The position numbers and the translations under genes are program-made. A stretch of 64,000 bases of DNA from Promethearchaeota archaeon (GTDB taxonomy: Archaea; Asgardarchaeota; Lokiarchaeia; Sigyniarchaeales; SOKP01). The notes beneath the pieces were generated by a model. It ran no database searches and was not told the DNA's origin. It saw only the letters and a list, made by a program, of their open reading frames with translations. The first letter of the stretch is position 1. Each line of letters begins with the position of its first letter. Below, one piece after another: positions 47,664 through 58,370 of the stretch. The stretch covers positions 1 to 64,000 of the forward strand of contig JBHLNS010000013.1 in assembly GCA_048941285.1 (NCBI GenBank), given 5' to 3'.

Positions 47664-48806
47664 TCATTTTATATAAGTTTTTAAAAGAGAGCTAGTTAAT
47701 AATTCTGTTGCTCTAAATATATCTTCTAATAAAACCCATTCGTTTATTTTATGAATAACATTTGGATTCCCTGGACCAAATATTACAAAAGGAATTGGGT
47801 TGTTAGGATCAACATAATGAGTAGCATCCGTTGCATATGATAATCCAATATATTTAGAATTAGAAATTCTCTCTAGGTTCTTGATTAAGGGATTATTGAT
47901 ATCCGTTTGTAGAGCAGGATGATCTTTAATTATTTCTAATTTTATATTACAATGTTCTGATTTAATTTTAACTAATTTATTAATTAGAATTTCTTGTTTT
48001 TGTTCTGGAATTAATCTAAAATCAACTTCCAGTTCTGAATAATCCGGAACAATATTTATTTTTGTTCCGCCTTTAATTTTGCCAATATTCACTGTAGATC
48101 GTCCTAGAATTTTGTTTTCTTTATTATCTAAACAATCATAAAGTTGAGGTATAATCTTCATGGTAGCTTCTATAGCATTAACACCTTCTTCTGGCATAGA
48201 ACCATGAGCAGATTTTCCATATATGTTAAAAACAGCCCAAAGTAACCCTTTTTCTGCTACTCCGATATTTAAATCAGTTGGTTCGGCTATAATTAATAAT
48301 TCTCCATTATTTAAGATTCCCGTTTTTGCTAATCTAAGAGAACCTGACATACCTGTTTCTTCATCAGCTGTACCGAGAAAAACTAGCTCAAATTTATCCA
48401 ATAATTTTTTATTTTTCTTAAGTAATTTCATTAAACCTATCAATGAGGTTATTCCTCCTTTCATATCTGCAGAACCCCTACCATATACTTTTCCATCTAC
48501 TATTTTAGCTGAAAAAGGAGAATAACTCCATTTATTTTGTTCACCGACAGGGACCACATCAAAATGCCCAGATAGAAATATTTTTTTCTCTCCAAATCCT
48601 ATTTTGGATACCAAATTATGAAGTTCTATGTCATTTTCTCGATATGAAATTATTTCATTAATAAAACCTTCTTCTTCAAGGAAAACTTCACTAACTAAGA
48701 AATCAACTACTTCTTTAGTTTTCCCCGGAGGATTTTCAGTTGGGATTTGAATTAATCTTTTTAATATATAGATTAGTTTCTCTTTTAATGAATTAGATAT
48801 AATCAT
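47664..48806 (-). CDS. M20 family metallo-hydrolase (ArgE/DapE-like)
   Basis: GHFDVVP, GRGSADMKGG, DEE, AEPT, H..NE. Confidence 0.92.
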   Translation of the reverse strand: MIISNSLKEKLIYILKRLIQIPTENPPGKTKEVVDFLVSEVFLEEEGFINEIISYRENDIELHNLVSKIGFGEKKIFLSGHFDVVPVGEQNKWSYSPFSAKIVDGKVYGRGSADMKGGITSLIGLMKLLKKNKKLLDKFELVFLGTADEETGMSGSLRLAKTGILNNGELLIIAEPTDLNIGVAEKGLLWAVFNIYGKSAHGSMPEEGVNAIEATMKIIPQLYDCLDNKENKILGRSTVNIGKIKGGTKINIVPDYSELEVDFRLIPEQKQEILINKLVKIKSEHCNIKLEIIKDHPALQTDINNPLIKNLERISNSKYIGLSYATDATHYVDPNNPIPFVIFGPGNPNVIHKINEWVLLEDIFRATELLTSSLLKTYIK

Positions 48807-48871
48807 ATAAAAAAAATTATGTTGATTAAAATAAATAATCTATGGATAAAAAAATTAATAAATCTTCAAGG

Positions 48872-50071
48872 CTATACATAATCCACTTCAAATCGCGTTT
48901 TAGGAAGCACTTCAGCCCCATTGCCAGTAATCAGTGTAGGTGATTCAAGTCTAAGTCCTCCTAACCCCGGACGATTAAACACAATTGCTGCGATTTCAAC
49001 CATATTTTTTTCAAATGCCATTGAACCCCATCCTTTTTGAGGTATTACTACTGGCCAAGATTCATTCCCTATACAGCCAATCCCATGTCCGATACCAAAG
49101 AATAAATCATTTTCGTATCCCGCTTTTTCAGCAACTTTTCTAACTTCTTGATAACACTCTTCAAATGTGTTTCCGGGATACATATTATCAATAAGTGAAT
49201 AGCACAATTGCTCATAAACTTCATTGAAAGCCTTTAGTTTTGAAGGACAATCCCCTAGAATGTAATTGTGACTTAAATCTCCAAGATAACACCCATATTC
49301 ACTATGCAGATCCACTAATAGGGATTCACCTTCTTTCACCTTTTTATTTGTTGCCGGTGTACACCCATTAAATGTCCAAGCTGTTCGATATCCTGAACCA
49401 ATCTCCTGACTTCCCGTAAAGGTCCATTCATAACTACTTCCTTCTTTTCTCATAGCTAATGTACCAATACCAGCGATTTCATTTTCGGTAAAGATTTTTC
49501 CCTTAGGACGTTCCAGTAAAGTATCTTTCACCACCTTTTGCCCAACATCAGTAATTTCTGAAGCTTTACGGAGCATGGCAATCTCTTCTGGTTCTTTGAT
49601 GAATTGTATTAGTTCAGTTTTATCATTAAAGTCTACCAATTCACATCCTGGAAAAACAATTTTTAGCAATTCTCCTTCAGTATAATTGAGCATTTGGCCA
49701 GTTACACATATATCAACTCCTAATTCTACACCTATTCTTGGTGGAGATTCCTTTGGATTATATAACCCTACTTTTTTTGCTGCTTTTTGTATTTTCTTCT
49801 CCCAAAAAAATCCTTTGATAGGCCCCCAAGCTTCAGTTTTTAACTGACCTTCAGCCTTTACGCGTTCAACATCTAAAAGAACAGTATAAAGAATTGGATC
49901 TCCTGCTCCTTCTTTTGGTAAAAAAATATAGCTTTTCCAAGGTACAAAACAACCAGAAAGATAAGTTATAGACTTAACACGAGTGAGTATACAAAAATCC
50001 AGATTTAATTCTTCCATAGCTGCTTGATACTTTTGTATGTGACCTTTCCAATTTATTTTTATTTCACTCAT
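48872..50071 (-). CDS. M24 family Xaa-Pro peptidase/creatinase-like protein
   Basis: IKEPEEI, VDL...YLGDLS, GHGIG, GLRLE; some metal ligands look divergent. Confidence 0.8.
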   Translation of the reverse strand: MSEIKINWKGHIQKYQAAMEELNLDFCILTRVKSITYLSGCFVPWKSYIFLPKEGAGDPILYTVLLDVERVKAEGQLKTEAWGPIKGFFWEKKIQKAAKKVGLYNPKESPPRIGVELGVDICVTGQMLNYTEGELLKIVFPGCELVDFNDKTELIQFIKEPEEIAMLRKASEITDVGQKVVKDTLLERPKGKIFTENEIAGIGTLAMRKEGSSYEWTFTGSQEIGSGYRTAWTFNGCTPATNKKVKEGESLLVDLHSEYGCYLGDLSHNYILGDCPSKLKAFNEVYEQLCYSLIDNMYPGNTFEECYQEVRKVAEKAGYENDLFFGIGHGIGCIGNESWPVVIPQKGWGSMAFEKNMVEIAAIVFNRPGLGGLRLESPTLITGNGAEVLPKTRFEVDYV

Positions 50072-50195
50072 TTAAACCTCAAGATCAATATTTGAATAAA
50101 TATAATTAACTTTGTTTTTTAAAAATGTTCTAAAATCATTTTATAAAACGCTTAAAATATAGAAAAATAATAAAATTATAGTATTTAGATAGAAA

Positions 50196-52481
50196 TTATC
50201 TATATAAGTCGGCTTTACTTTCTTGAATATTCCTTGATTTTGTTATTTCTTTAGCCATATTTTCATATTTTTCAAGAATATCCTTAGGTAAAGTCGAATT
50301 AATTTTACCTAAAGCAAAATCAAAATCTTTTTGTTCTATTCTTTCCAAATTAGTCATTTTTTCTCGAATTGCCTGCATTCCTGCCTCACGACATACGTTT
50401 TCTAAGTCTGCTCCACTATATCCCTCTGTTGTTTGAGCAATATGTTTTAATGAAACATTTTCTGCTAAAGGCATATTTTTAGTATGAACTCTTAATATGG
50501 CTTCTCGTTCTTCAATGTTAGGGGCTGTAATGTATAAAAGGCGATCCAATCTTCCTGGTCTTAATAATGCTGAATCTACCATATCAGGTCGGTTTGTGCT
50601 AGCAATAACAACAATTCCTTTTCTATTTTCAATTCCATCCATTTCTACTAATATTTGATTTACAATTGAATCTCTCACGGCAGTACTCTCACTTATACCC
50701 CTAAAAGAAGAAATTGCATCTATTTCATCGAAATATATAATTGAAGGGGCTGCCTGTCTAGCTTTTCTAAAAATATTTCTTACTGATTTTTCACTTTCAC
50801 CAACCCATTTAGAGAATAATTCTGGCCCTTTTACTGTTATAAAATTAGTTTTTGTTTCTGTAGCAATAGCTTTAGCTAAAAGAGTTTTTCCACATCCAGG
50901 AGGTCCGAAAAGGAGTATTCCATTTAAGGGTCGAACTCCTGCTTTTTCAAATAATTTTGGATATTTTAATGGCCATTCTACTGCTTCTTTTAACTCACTT
51001 TTTATTTCTTCTAAACCGCCTACATCATCCCAGTATATATCAGGAATTTCAACCATGACTTCTCGCATTGCAGAAGGTTCAATCATATTTAGAGCTTGAA
51101 CAAAATCATTATTTTTTATCTTTATTTCTTGAATAATTTCGCTTGGGATTGGTTCATCTAAGTTAATCTTTGGTAATATTCTTCTAAGAGAATACATTGC
51201 AGCTTCACGACATACAGCCATAATATCTGCTCCAACGAATCCATGAGTTATATCCGCATAATCATCTAGATTGACATCTTCTTCTATTGGCATTCCTCTC
51301 GTATGAATTTGAAATATTTCTTTTCTACCCTTAGCATTTGGAACACCAAACTCAATCTCACGATCAAATCTGCCTGGTCTTCTAAGAGCTTCATCAATTG
51401 CATTAATTCTGTTAGTAGCGCCAACACAAATTATTTCTCCCCTACCACGTAGTCCATCCATTAATGACAATAATTGAGAAACAACACGTCTTTCTACTTC
51501 TCCCGAAGTATCTACTCGTTTTGGAGCAATTGAATCTATTTCATCTATAAAAATTATGGAAGGAGCACTTTCTTCAGCTTCTCTAAATATATCTCGAAGC
51601 CTTCCTTCACTTGCTCCATAAAATTTACTCATTATTTCAGGACCATTTATTGTAATAAAATTGGCATTTGATTCTTGTGAAACAGCCTTCGCCATAAGTG
51701 TTTTACCTGTTCCAGAAGGCCCATGAAATAAGACTCCCTTGGGGGGATCTATATTCAACCGATGAAATAATTCAGGGTGTTTTAAGGGCAATTCAACCAT
51801 CTCTCTAATTCTTTGAATTTCATCCGTTAAACCGCCAACATCATCGTAAGTAACAACTCCTCCAGAAATGTTAAGAACAGCTACTCTCTTATTAACTTTT
51901 ATGACAGTTTCACGAGTGATCTTTACCACTTTATCTGAAGGTTTTAAATTTTCGACGATCAATCTTAAAGTCCCTAAAGTCGGCCTCTTTTTAGCTCCAA
52001 AGGGAAGCATTTTCATAATCTCAGACATTGGATTATCATTATCATCTCTTTGAACAAAAGTTCCTAAAACATCAACAATATCACCTATTACTACTGGTTT
52101 ATCAATCAATTTTCCCTTTATTGCTTCCGCTTGTCTTTTTAAATCAATATTAGGACGAGTAGGAGTTAATTCAATCTCAACAGCAGGGTAGACGTCTGCA
52201 AGTTTTATTGTAACATATTCTCCTATTGTTGCCCCAGCATTTAATCTTTGAAGTCCATCAAGTCTAATAATCCCCTTTCCTCTGTCTGAACCCGATGAAA
52301 CTGCAATACCCGTAGTTTTTTTCTTCCCTCTAATCTCAATAATATCTCCTGTGTTTAATCCTAATGCTGACATTATATCTTGATCTATGTAGCAAAGAGA
52401 GCGCCCACTTCGACTTTTATCTAGCCTCTCAATTCTGAGCTTAGAGTTCTTATTCACATTCTTTGGTTGCGACATTTTCAC
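50196..52481 (-). CDS. cdc48: Cdc48/p97/VAT AAA+ ATPase
   Basis: N-domain plus two AAA modules (GPSGTGKT and [16 protein letters not shown]). Confidence 0.96.
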   Translation of the reverse strand: MKMSQPKNVNKNSKLRIERLDKSRSGRSLCYIDQDIMSALGLNTGDIIEIRGKKKTTGIAVSSGSDRGKGIIRLDGLQRLNAGATIGEYVTIKLADVYPAVEIELTPTRPNIDLKRQAEAIKGKLIDKPVVIGDIVDVLGTFVQRDDNDNPMSEIMKMLPFGAKKRPTLGTLRLIVENLKPSDKVVKITRETVIKVNKRVAVLNISGGVVTYDDVGGLTDEIQRIREMVELPLKHPELFHRLNIDPPKGVLFHGPSGTGKTLMAKAVSQESNANFITINGPEIMSKFYGASEGRLRDIFREAEESAPSIIFIDEIDSIAPKRVDTSGEVERRVVSQLLSLMDGLRGRGEIICVGATNRINAIDEALRRPGRFDREIEFGVPNAKGRKEIFQIHTRGMPIEEDVNLDDYADITHGFVGADIMAVCREAAMYSLRRILPKINLDEPIPSEIIQEIKIKNNDFVQALNMIEPSAMREVMVEIPDIYWDDVGGLEEIKSELKEAVEWPLKYPKLFEKAGVRPLNGILLFGPPGCGKTLLAKAIATETKTNFITVKGPELFSKWVGESEKSVRNIFRKARQAAPSIIYFDEIDAISSFRGISESTAVRDSIVNQILVEMDGIENRKGIVVIASTNRPDMVDSALLRPGRLDRLLYITAPNIEEREAILRVHTKNMPLAENVSLKHIAQTTEGYSGADLENVCREAGMQAIREKMTNLERIEQKDFDFALGKINSTLPKDILEKYENMAKEITKSRNIQESKADLYR

Positions 52482-52589
52482 TATTCAAGAAATTTATCAA
52501 ATTTTTGAAAATATAATTATCATGTAAAAAAAGTAATAGTGTTTTATTTTCTTTTTCTTTAATTTTTATAAATATCAGCAAAACACTTT

Positions 52590-53396
52590 TCAAGAAATTT
52601 TAAATTTTAGAATTTTTTCTAAATAGCTCTTAAAACTTTTTAAGATTTCTGCTTCACTGAGTGCTTTATTTTTATTTTTTTTTATAAAATTTTTTCTTAA
52701 TTTAAAAATCTTCTTTTTAAGAGGAAATAAATCGGGATTAAGTACAAGCTTTCCAACATAAGTTCGAGTAATTTTGTCTAGATTTTCATTATATTTATTG
52801 TAACTAAAACTGTATTTCTCTATTATAGGGCTTTGTTTCATATTCATTATATTATTTTCTAATTTAGCTAGAAAATCCCTTACTACTATGTCTAGATCAA
52901 TTTGAGAGAGATCATAAGTAACAATAGGATTGTCCCAATTATACCTATTAAATTCATCAAATTTATCTTGAATTTTATTGATAACCTCTTTAGGGATAGG
53001 TTCACCTCTTTTTTCATTCCATTTCAGACAAATTTCAATTGGAGTTGCTATATGAATGATATAAAAATTGAGATCAAGAGCATCAGCAATTTCTTTTAAA
53101 TCATGCCTCATACTCGAATAATAATTTAAATCATCAGCAATTACAATTTTTCCTTGTTCCAACGCACTCCTAATAATTTCTAAATTCCTATTTCTCACAA
53201 TATGTTCTTTTTCGTATTCAAATTGATTTGAGGTTAAGTTTTTTCTTATTATGTCCGGATCAATAATCTCAACTTTTAAATCCTTAAATATTTTCTTGAG
53301 GGAGATTCTCAACTTATTAGCAAATACAGTTTTGCCGGAAGCGGGTAAACCTGCTAAACAGATTAAAAAATTTTTATTATTCAAAGACTTATTCAA
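52590..53396 (-). CDS. pstK: O-phosphoseryl-tRNA(Sec) kinase (PSTK/KTI12 family)
   Basis: GLPASGKT, DPDIIR, IADDLNYYSSMRHDL, helical C-terminal domain. Confidence 0.8.
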   Translation of the reverse strand: MNKSLNNKNFLICLAGLPASGKTVFANKLRISLKKIFKDLKVEIIDPDIIRKNLTSNQFEYEKEHIVRNRNLEIIRSALEQGKIVIADDLNYYSSMRHDLKEIADALDLNFYIIHIATPIEICLKWNEKRGEPIPKEVINKIQDKFDEFNRYNWDNPIVTYDLSQIDLDIVVRDFLAKLENNIMNMKQSPIIEKYSFSYNKYNENLDKITRTYVGKLVLNPDLFPLKKKIFKLRKNFIKKNKNKALSEAEILKSFKSYLEKILKFKIS

Positions 53397-53672
53397 CTAA
53401 TTTATATTAAAACTTATATTTTTTATTAGTTCTCGTTTTTCTTGTCTTGAAAAAGATTTGATTTGCAATTCTCGTCTCATAGCTTCCTTTCTAGTTTGAT
53501 AAGTTTCAAAGTATTTTAATTCAATGAGTTCTTTGCCACGACAAAATTTAGCACCAGTTCCACTCCGATGTTCTTTCCATCTCCTATAGAGATTGTTAGT
53601 GTAACCGGTATAATATCTTTTCTTTCCATTCTTAGCCATAACTTCTATAATATATACATAAAATACAGCCAT
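53397..53672 (-). CDS. GIY-YIG nuclease family protein (UPF0213)
   Basis: YVYI...YYTGYTNNL.RRW.EH..G.GAKF; A.RRE.QIK. Confidence 0.9.
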   Translation of the reverse strand: MAVFYVYIIEVMAKNGKKRYYTGYTNNLYRRWKEHRSGTGAKFCRGKELIELKYFETYQTRKEAMRRELQIKSFSRQEKRELIKNISFNIN

Positions 53673-53877
53673 TCCATATCCTCTAAGTGACTGATCAACG
53701 TTGTATTATTTAATTTTTTAGTTAATCCTTCTAAGTCCCATTTAATTTTACACTCATGCGGTCAAATATATATATTACGATATCATAATTGATTAATTAA
53801 GTAAATAAACATTATATTTTTAATAATAAACGATTATTAAATTATTAAGAAAATAATTAATCGCTGAAATAGATACA

Positions 53878-54513
53878 ATGCCAAATGGTATCTTTTTAAT
53901 TCGTTGGGATGAGGTTGAAGGAGGTATTATTTATTTAAAGTTCCCTGAAGACCTAGAGATTCCAAATCCTGTAGTACAACAAATAACAATATCTCATAAT
54001 TTTACAGAGTCTTATATAATTACAGAAGAAAAAAATTGGAATTCAGTTTCATATTATAATGAAAATAAAGAAATCATAATAGTTTTAGTGTTAAGCAAAT
54101 TTGATGATGGTAATGATTATTTAGAAATTCTCGAGAAGTTCAATAGAGAGATCGATAAACTAACAGAAGAAGAAAAGTTAAAAGAGAATTTAGAGGCGAT
54201 GTTTCATATCAGTTTAGATGCCTTCCGTACCACTGATGAAGTAATAACAAAATTAAGCAACGAGGTTGCCCTCCTAAAGACAAGAGAATATGATTATGCA
54301 ATAAAATTCGATTTCATTACAAAAACAAATCACTTGCCTGTAAAAAGTAAGATTTTATTTTTGTTAGCAATTAAAGATTTTGTAAAGTTTGAAGATTTTG
54401 ATAAGGTGATAAAGACAAAGAAGCAATGGTTATTAAGTGTTCTTGAAACACTTGTAAAAAATGATGTTATAGGATATAACCCTGAGAATCAATCTTATTA
54501 TTTGAGAGTATGA
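53878..54513 (+). CDS. Hypothetical protein: uDENN/longin-like N-terminus, coiled coil, C-terminal winged helix
   Basis: LIRWDEVEGG..YLKFP N-terminal pattern; LETLVKNDVIGY..ENQSYYL wing. Confidence 0.5.
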   Translation: MPNGIFLIRWDEVEGGIIYLKFPEDLEIPNPVVQQITISHNFTESYIITEEKNWNSVSYYNENKEIIIVLVLSKFDDGNDYLEILEKFNREIDKLTEEEKLKENLEAMFHISLDAFRTTDEVITKLSNEVALLKTREYDYAIKFDFITKTNHLPVKSKILFLLAIKDFVKFEDFDKVIKTKKQWLLSVLETLVKNDVIGYNPENQSYYLRV

Positions 54514-54788
54514 AGATATCTAGGATAAAAATTAAAGTATTTGGTAACGTTCAAGGCGTTTTTTTTCGCTATACTACTAGGAAAATTGCTCGAACATTAG
54601 GACTGAATGGATATGTTAAAAATATGTCTGATGGGACAGTCTATATTGAAGCTGAAGGGCCTCAAGACAAACTATTTGAACTATTAGAATTTTCTAAACA
54701 AGGCCCTAAACACGCTCAAGTTGAAAAAGTTGAACATGAATTATTGCCTCCTAACAATGAATTTAATGGGTTTGATTATCAACTTTAG
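54510..54788 (+). CDS. acyP: Acylphosphatase
   Basis: VFGNVQGVFFR, GYVKNMSDGTV, GP. Confidence 0.95.
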   Translation: MKISRIKIKVFGNVQGVFFRYTTRKIARTLGLNGYVKNMSDGTVYIEAEGPQDKLFELLEFSKQGPKHAQVEKVEHELLPPNNEFNGFDYQL

Positions 54789-54878
54789 CCTAACTTTTGA
54801 AAAAAAAATTAGGTTTTCATTTATGATATTACCCCCGTATTACTTCTTTTCAAAAACTTCCTTCATCTTTAATAATTT

Positions 54879-55217
54879 ATGTCGGTTCCTGTAAAAAAAT
54901 ATGAACATCTAAAATTATTTCGATCATTACAACATAACCAGATCAAATATCAAACACCTTTAATATTAAGGATGTTTGGGGTATTGAATAAAGTAAATAT
55001 GAGAAATGAAAATAGATATATTTTATGCAATTTCCTTGATCAATATAGCGATAGTATTGGATTAAAAGAAGATATTTATAAATTAAGCAATCAGGTTACC
55101 CTCAATCAGTTATTTCTTTTTGCTATTACTAAAGCTAAAGAAAAAAAGCTAATTAATATATTATATAATGAATATCTTAATTCTATTAATGCAATTAGCA
55201 AAAAGAAAGCAATTTAA
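54879..55217 (+). CDS. Hypothetical protein
   Basis: 112-aa ORF filling the gap between acyP and tbp. Confidence 0.55.
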   Translation: MSVPVKKYEHLKLFRSLQHNQIKYQTPLILRMFGVLNKVNMRNENRYILCNFLDQYSDSIGLKEDIYKLSNQVTLNQLFLFAITKAKEKKLINILYNEYLNSINAISKKKAI

Positions 55218-55272
55218 ATTGATATAATATTTAACATTTGGACATTTAAATATGAAAAAGATAAAAAATAGA

Positions 55273-55968
55273 TTAAATAAAAGTGATATCTTGATATTCT
55301 GAATCTCCAATATCTTTCTTTGCGACTCCTAATTCTCTAACTTGCTGATTTAACTTTAAGACGGCATCTCTAACAATTTCTTTTTGTTTTGCCCCTGTAC
55401 ACACAATTCTTCCAGTTGAGAAAATTAAGAACACAGTTTTAGGATCTTGCATCCTATAAATTAAACCAGGAAATACTTCTGGTTCATACATAGCATATTC
55501 CATAACAATTGCTGCCATATTTAGATCAATATTTGTATGGAGATCACCTGAAGCTACAATGTTTTGAATGGTAATTTCTGGATTAGCAAGCTTTATTCCT
55601 GCTTTCCTAATATTTTTAACAACCTTATCAACAACTCTTTCTGCTTCTGCTGCTTGTCTAAGACCAGTAACTACCATCTTTCCAGTAGAAAATATTAAAA
55701 TCGTAGCACGAGGTTTTTCAATTCGCATTACAAGGCCGGGAAAACGTTCTGGGTTATATTCTACTTCTGCATGACGCCGTGCAATTTGATTTAAATCTAT
55801 TTTTTCCGTTATTTCTACTGTGACTGTTGCGACGACATTTTCTATTTTATAATCTAAATCTGTCTCATAGTCGTATTCACCTTCCTCGCCTTCCTCTTCA
55901 AATTCTTCTTCTTCTTCCTCGTCTTCTTCAAATTCGTCAAAATCATCTTCAAAATCTTCGTCTGACAT
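55273..55968 (-). CDS. tbp: TATA-box binding protein with acidic N-terminal extension
   Basis: Two TBP repeats (ENVVA...YNPERFPGL and QNIVAS...YEPEVFPGL). Confidence 0.97.
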   Translation of the reverse strand: MSDEDFEDDFDEFEEDEEEEEEFEEEGEEGEYDYETDLDYKIENVVATVTVEITEKIDLNQIARRHAEVEYNPERFPGLVMRIEKPRATILIFSTGKMVVTGLRQAAEAERVVDKVVKNIRKAGIKLANPEITIQNIVASGDLHTNIDLNMAAIVMEYAMYEPEVFPGLIYRMQDPKTVFLIFSTGRIVCTGAKQKEIVRDAVLKLNQQVRELGVAKKDIGDSEYQDITFI

Positions 55969-56169
55969 AATAAATTTAAGTGATAATTGTGATTTTAATT
56001 TATTAAAACAATAAAATTCTATATTGCTAGGTTTTTTTGTTAATTTTATTTAAATATATCCTCCTTTATAAAGGTGGTAGATTTAAAAAAGATTAGTGCT
56101 AAAACCACTAAATTTTGATAGTCATTAAATATTTTTTACAAAAATTAATAAAGAAAAGAAATTTTCACC

Positions 56170-56691
56170 TTAAGAATATTCTGAGATCTTTTCTAAGATT
56201 TGTTTTGCTAATTTTATAAAAGCTTCTTCGACATTTTGACCAGTCTTAGCTGAAGTAATAATCAACCCCATATTATTCATATTCGCATATTCAGCTGATT
56301 TATTTTCATCTATTTTAATTTGATTTGTCAAATCAGATTTATTTCCAATTAATATTATTGGAGCATCATCCCTAGCTTCTCTAAAACTTTGTACCCAATC
56401 ATCAAGTTTTTCAAAACTTTTCTGGCTAGTCATATCATAAACTAGAAGTGCACCATTGGCGCCTTCCAAATAGAGTTTTCTGAGGGATTTAAACGATTCT
56501 TGCCCTCCTAAATCCCAAATCTGTGCAGAAACGAAGCCAAATGAATTTAATTCCATATCTTTTTTTAAAAGGTTAACTCCTAAGGTTGATTTGTAATTTT
56601 CCCTGAATTTATCCTCAATAAACCTATAAACAAGTGAAGTTTTCCCTACGTTTGCTTCTCCAAGCAAAACTATTTTTAAAATATATGACAT
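56170..56691 (-). CDS. Rab-like small GTPase
   Basis: GEANVGKT, YKSTLG, WDLGGQE, NKSD, TSAK. Confidence 0.95.
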   Translation of the reverse strand: MSYILKIVLLGEANVGKTSLVYRFIEDKFRENYKSTLGVNLLKKDMELNSFGFVSAQIWDLGGQESFKSLRKLYLEGANGALLVYDMTSQKSFEKLDDWVQSFREARDDAPIILIGNKSDLTNQIKIDENKSAEYANMNNMGLIITSAKTGQNVEEAFIKLAKQILEKISEYS

Positions 56692-56859
56692 TTACCATCA
56701 CAGAGTAATAGACTTAGTAATTTATATTATATTCAAAGTATAGTTTGCACTTATTAATAATTTTCTAATTACACTTTAAAATTGTTAATAGAACTTTACT
56801 AATCTTAAAATCATTTTCTTAAAAAAAGGAAATACAAAAAAAATTGAGTTGTACTTATT

Positions 56860-57339
56860 TTAATCTTTTTGAAATACTATCATAAACTCGCAAAAATTCT
56901 CACCTGTCTGTAAACTACATCCGAGTTCTTGAGCAAAGCAATGACGATCACTTAATTTCTCTACAATACCTGCTAACAAGCCAGCTTCAAATGAACAAAA
57001 ACTTCCTGTTGTTTTAATCCCTTTTTTGATTAAATCTTTTATAGATGAATGGTCCTTTAATTTTAATTGTACTATCTCTTCGGTACTTTCAGTAATTTCA
57101 ACGTTTCCAAGATTAAACTCATTTATAATTCGCTTTATTTCATCCGGAATTTGAGCTACATCCTTAACGGGTTTAATTTTCAATATTGTCCCTAATTCAT
57201 GACCTAGATAGTAAAATATTGCCTCTAGTTGATGTCCTAGAGCTAACAACGCACCAACTTTCATATCTCCGATATCTCTACCCTCTCTTAAATTTTTTTT
57301 CATTTGAGCGAGAATTTTGGAGAGTAATTGTCTATCCAT
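56860..57339 (-). CDS. V4R (4-vinyl reductase) domain protein
   Basis: YYLG.ELG, LG.VEI, CSFEAGLLAG...E.GC....ENFCEF. Confidence 0.85.
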   Translation of the reverse strand: MDRQLLSKILAQMKKNLREGRDIGDMKVGALLALGHQLEAIFYYLGHELGTILKIKPVKDVAQIPDEIKRIINEFNLGNVEITESTEEIVQLKLKDHSSIKDLIKKGIKTTGSFCSFEAGLLAGIVEKLSDRHCFAQELGCSLQTGENFCEFMIVFQKD

Positions 57340-57389
57340 TAAATTTCACTTCTTTTTTTATTTTTATTTTATACTTTTTTTATCTAGAT

Positions 57390-57689
57390 TTATATTTTAA
57401 CTGAAGATATAAACGCATAAAGAATCGCATCGATAATTTCTTCCTCCTGTATATTTACTGATAATCTCTTATCTGCTATAATTAACGTGGGAACTGATGT
57501 AATATGATACTCTTGTGTTAACCGACGATTTTCTTCCAAATCAATTGAAATTTTTTCAATTCTTAATTTTTTTCCAAATAGCGAAATATTTATTCTTTTT
57601 AGCTTTTCTTCCACTGGAAGGCAGGGTGCACAATGATTTGATGAGAAAAATAAAATCTTTGGATATCCTTGGTTGATATCTTCATACAT
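57390..57689 (-). CDS. Thioredoxin/glutaredoxin-like protein
   Basis: CAPC active site and cis-Pro SVPT. Confidence 0.85.
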   Translation of the reverse strand: MYEDINQGYPKILFFSSNHCAPCLPVEEKLKRINISLFGKKLRIEKISIDLEENRRLTQEYHITSVPTLIIADKRLSVNIQEEEIIDAILYAFISSVKI

Positions 57690-57692
57690 TTT

Positions 57693-58232
57693 CTAATCTT
57701 CTTTATATTTGTAATATAATTCTTTTATAATTGCTTGGAATGCTTGATAAACGCCACTTCCAGTTTTAGCAGATGTTTTGTAATAACCAAGAAAATTACG
57801 GTTTTCAACTATCTCATTTACAGCATCATTATCTAAATCCTTTTCAGCAATTAAGTCTGTTTTATTCCCAAACAATACAATTGGGAGATCTCCAGTATAC
57901 TTTTTAATATCTTCATGCCAATTAGCTATATTTTTAAAACTTTCTTCATCAGTATGGGAGAATACTATGATTGCAGCTTTGCTACCCTTATAAAAGGTGG
58001 GACGCATGAAATCAAATTCCCGTTGACCAGCAATATCCCAGAAGAATAATTTACAATTATCTCCCTCGATTTCTTCATCATATTTTGAAAATTGAGCTCC
58101 TAGGGTTTTAATATAATCTTTTTGGAAACTACCTTGAGTATATTTCTTAATTAGGGAGGTTTTCCCTACAGCACCATCTCCTATTACGGTAATTTTAAAA
58201 ACGAATCCTTTAGATACATCTTCTTTTCCCAT
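57693..58232 (-). CDS. Rab-like small GTPase
   Basis: GDGAVGKT, YIKTLG, WDIAGQR, NKTD, TSAK. Confidence 0.95.
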   Translation of the reverse strand: MGKEDVSKGFVFKITVIGDGAVGKTSLIKKYTQGSFQKDYIKTLGAQFSKYDEEIEGDNCKLFFWDIAGQREFDFMRPTFYKGSKAAIIVFSHTDEESFKNIANWHEDIKKYTGDLPIVLFGNKTDLIAEKDLDNDAVNEIVENRNFLGYYKTSAKTGSGVYQAFQAIIKELYYKYKED

Positions 58233-58370
58233 TTAAATCACTTCGTTGAATTATTTCCTTTAAATCTGTTATTATGTAATATAATTCAAAAGTATACGAT
58301 ATTATTTTTTAATTTATTTTTATTTGTTATTATTTTATATTAATAATAACTACTCGTAATAAATATTTAC

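Noticed and set aside
53397-53672. GIY-YIG protein as a homing endonuclease or mobile element
   Set aside because: Its size and motifs fit the stand-alone housekeeping UPF0213 family, with no intron or IS context.
57390-57689. KaiB-like interpretation of the thioredoxin-fold protein
   Set aside because: An intact CxxC and the absence of a KaiC gene nearby favour an ordinary thioredoxin.
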